A DNA stretch of 18,694 nt, from contig JAEOTS010000166.1 in the NCBI GenBank assembly GCA_016839745.1, forward strand, positions 1-18,694, given 5' to 3'. A program made the position numbers and the translations under genes. Origin of the DNA: Promethearchaeota archaeon. Lineage in GTDB: Archaea > Asgardarchaeota > Lokiarchaeia > Sigyniarchaeales > SOKP01. The notes under the pieces were generated by a model. The model saw only the letters and a list, made by a program, of their open reading frames with translations, was not told the origin of the DNA and searched no databases. Shown here piece by piece: positions 16,448-18,694 of the stretch (position 1 is its first letter; each line of letters opens with the position of its first letter).

Positions 16448-16810
16448 TTAACAAATTACTACAAGTTTATCGGTTTCTTCTATTATTTTCGCTAGATCGG
16501 GAGTTCCTGCTCGTTTTATATCGCCGCATTCTTTATTGAGACAGTTTTTCATGGTACCCCTGACTAAGAGACATAGATTACACAACCTAACGGTGGCTCC
16601 TTTATCTAGTATTTCCCTGAATCCTTCTTCAATGTTAAAGATACCTTCAATTTTCTTCTGGTTTCCTAATGCTGCGTTAACAGCATCCATATAACAAAAG
16701 ATACGAACTTCGTGTCCTTTGTCCAATGCCGCGCTGCTAAGCTTAATCACCGTTTCAGCAGCTTGCGTTTGGTATGGTCCATCAAAGAAAAGAATTCCTA
16801 ATCGAGCCAT
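16448..16810 (-). CDS. dsrE: DsrE/TusD family sulfurtransferase subunit
   Basis: GPY...AALDKGHEVRIF..DAV and LC77NLCLLVRG, where Cys77 is at the position of DsrE/TusD Cys78. Confidence 0.85.
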   Translation of the reverse strand: MARLGILFFDGPYQTQAAETVIKLSSAALDKGHEVRIFCYMDAVNAALGNQKKIEGIFNIEEGFREILDKGATVRLCNLCLLVRGTMKNCLNKECGDIKRAGTPDLAKIIEETDKLVVIC

Positions 16811-16835
16811 TTTATGATTTCATCTCCTTATCTAC

Positions 16836-17885
16836 TTAGTCCTTTTTCCGCATGAAGAGAAGATAGGCTGCTAGCCAAGATCCCAACATTATGCAAACAC
16901 CAACTACGATGCTATGTAAGGAAAGTTGGGGTATACCACCCAAGATGTTGGTAATATTACATCCCATCGCGGTTACTGCTCCGAATCCCATTAAAATTCC
17001 ACCTAAGAATTGTTTAAACAGTGTAAAACCATCTTTTGGAACTCTAAATTTGAACTCTTTCTTAAGGATTGCACTCACCATGGCTCCAATGAGAATACCG
17101 AAGATGATGAATCCAGACCATCCTAAGCCGCCTGTTGGTGAAAAATCACCAGCAGTTAACCAGCCACTAATGTTCATCCAACCTCCAGTTATGCCTACAG
17201 GGCCGCCACTGGCTACGAATCCAGCTGTTAGAATAAGGCCGATCAAAATTCCAGTTACCCACCATGGATACCCTTTTTTAAAGCCTGCTTCTACAAAGTT
17301 ATCAAACTTTACTAAGGGTTTATCCCCTCTCTTCTTTAACGCTGGCAATCCCCAGAAAAAAAACATCACAGCTATTCCAATAATACCAAGTATCAGCATA
17401 ACGACTGGGAGAATAACACTTGCAGGATCAAATACTCCAACAAGAGTAATTTTCCCTAGATTTGTAAGATGTAATACATTTTTTAAATCGTTCAAAACTC
17501 CTCCAGCTGTCATTAACGCACCGACAGTTAATCCGATGGCAGCAACAAAAGATCCCATCATTCCTTCTCCGACTCGATAGGTTGTTCCACTCGCACAACC
17601 ACCAGCAAGAACCATCCCAATCCCAAAGACAAGACCACCAACAATAGCAGCCCATGGTTTAAAATCTTTAGGACCGAGGTTCCAACCAGCGAAGGCAAAA
17701 ATAGCGAAACCAACCGCTAGCACTGCTAGAGATACTGCAACAGCCTTTGCGAGTTTAAACTCTTTCAAGAGAATAATATCTCTGAAGGCTGAATTCATGC
17801 AGAATCTTCCACTTTGCAATATAAAACCAAAAATGAACCCAATTATGAGTCCAGCTATTAAATAATATTCAAATCCCAATGCCAT
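16836..17885 (-). CDS. yeeE: YeeE/YedE (TsuA-like) thiosulfate/sulfur-compound transporter
   Basis: Three conserved Cys motifs, GRFCM, FGIGMVLAGGCASG and GGILMGFGA..AMGCNI; Gly-rich multi-TM protein. Confidence 0.92.
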   Translation of the reverse strand: MALGFEYYLIAGLIIGFIFGFILQSGRFCMNSAFRDIILLKEFKLAKAVAVSLAVLAVGFAIFAFAGWNLGPKDFKPWAAIVGGLVFGIGMVLAGGCASGTTYRVGEGMMGSFVAAIGLTVGALMTAGGVLNDLKNVLHLTNLGKITLVGVFDPASVILPVVMLILGIIGIAVMFFFWGLPALKKRGDKPLVKFDNFVEAGFKKGYPWWVTGILIGLILTAGFVASGGPVGITGGWMNISGWLTAGDFSPTGGLGWSGFIIFGILIGAMVSAILKKEFKFRVPKDGFTLFKQFLGGILMGFGAVTAMGCNITNILGGIPQLSLHSIVVGVCIMLGSWLAAYLLFMRKKD

Positions 17886-17896
17886 TTTTTTTTCAC

Positions 17897-18130
17897 CTAT
17901 TTTATTTTAATCAGGATTTCCCACGCAGACGCTCCCGTCTTTTCCGATGAGATTACTTCGTGGCCTAGAGATTCCATAGTCTCAGGAATCCTCTCTGCAG
18001 AGAGAGGATAATCGACTAAAATTTTTAAAACCTCTCCTGATTTCATTTTCTTTACTTTTCGTTTACTTTTTACGTCTGGATAGGGGCACACCTCGCCCGT
18101 ACAATCCAAAGTTTCAGTTATATCAACCAT
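17897..18130 (-). CDS. tusA: TusA/YeeD (SirA-like) sulfur carrier
   Basis: LDCTGEVCPYP (CPxP motif) and GEVLKILVD; 77 aa. Confidence 0.92.
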   Translation of the reverse strand: MVDITETLDCTGEVCPYPDVKSKRKVKKMKSGEVLKILVDYPLSAERIPETMESLGHEVISSEKTGASAWEILIKIK

Positions 18131-18161
18131 TTTTTATTAACCAGTTCTTTTAATTCATTTT

Positions 18162-18179
18162 TTTGAATATATATTCAAA
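18162..18179. promoter_or_regulatory. Perfect 18-bp palindrome TTTGAATATATATTCAAA, putative repressor operator
   Basis: Lies between a TATA-like TTTAAATATA (minus strand, 18220-18211) and the tusA start. Confidence 0.55.
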
Positions 18180-18551
18180 CATATATTCGATGATATTATT
18201 TATATTCTGCTATATTTAAAATTTATTAAATAACCATTAAAAGATGCTCAAAATGTGCGGGAAACTATATTTTTGTGTCAAATTTAGTATTTCTTCACCT
18301 ATAATTGATCAAAGTTAAAATCAGTTATCGCAGTTTTGAGAATAATTATTCAGAATTTATTTACCCAAACAAAGATAGTTGTAATAAGATGATTTTTTTT
18401 TGTTATAGCAATTTACTACATTAACCTATTGTGTAAATGCAAAAGCAGAATCTTTTTTATTAAATTATGATTAAATAAACACAACTAATTTTTTTAAATC
18501 AAATTAGCTAATTTTAAAAATTAATTAAAAAAAACAAAAATTTGATGAAAA

Positions 18552-18694
18552 ATGGTAAAAGTAGCTTTTATGCAAAATAGCGATTGTTGGGGGTGTCATC
18601 AATCCTTGTTGAACGCACACTTGGGATTGTTACCAATACTCCCAGCGCTTGATATTGTATATTGGCCAGCAGTTGTAGATTTCAAACACGATTC
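18552..18694 (+). CDS. mvhG: [NiFe]-hydrogenase small subunit, MvhG/VhuG-like (5' fragment, runs off the window)
   Basis: Not in the ORF track; translated by hand: MVKVAFMQNSDCWGCHQSLLNAHLGLLPILPALDIVYWPAVVDFKHD. The CxGC motif and IVYWP..VDFK are typical of group 3c small subunits. Confidence 0.75.
   Translation, partial: MVKVAFMQNSDCWGCHQSLLNAHLGLLPILPALDIVYWPAVVDFKHD

Noticed and set aside
16891-17580. Long antisense ORFs (also 5017-5457, 14784-15185, 6515-6808, 560-769 and other short track ORFs)
   Set aside because: They lie opposite or inside well-supported genes, carry no recognisable motifs and have the composition expected of shadow frames.
1-18694. CRISPR array, tRNA/rRNA, transposase or integrase
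   Set aside because: By eye I found no regularly spaced repeats, no GC-rich structured RNA segment and no recombinase motifs.

Overview
An AT-rich archaeal window. The evidence is GGTG(A) Shine-Dalgarno sites, TATA-like boxes, oligo-T terminators, isopentenyl-phosphate kinase and an Mvh-type hydrogenase start. An Asgard (Loki/Heimdall-like) origin is plausible but cannot be proven from this window. Left to right it holds a partial SerA-like D-2-hydroxyacid dehydrogenase, a GlcF/HdrD-like Fe-S CCG protein with a GlcD-like FAD oxidoreductase, a His-containing DUF420/CtaM-like membrane protein, heme O synthase (ctaB) and a 12-TM protein A. After that come two unknown membrane proteins, an exported superoxide-reductase-like His-rich protein, a 12-TM protein B (paralog of A), an MFS transporter, ygbA, an IPK plus phytol/farnesol-kinase pair, a tusA-yeeE-dsrEFH sulfur (or selenium) relay operon and the 5' end of an mvhG-like gene. 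The most striking signal is proteins A and B. They appear to have the heme-copper oxidase subunit I layout (His in helices II, VI and X; A also has a COX1-like helix XI). They lack the CuB/FeB ligands and the active-site Tyr/Glu, and they share extra His in helices IV and VI. They sit beside heme-prenylation and oxidase-assembly genes, with no CuA subunit II in the window. This is a candidate copper-free, multi-heme HCO-fold respiratory or detoxification module. Secondary signals are near-cognate start codons at Shine-Dalgarno spacing, perfect operator-like palindromes and a two-step isoprenol salvage operon. All family assignments come from motif recognition by eye; no searches were run.
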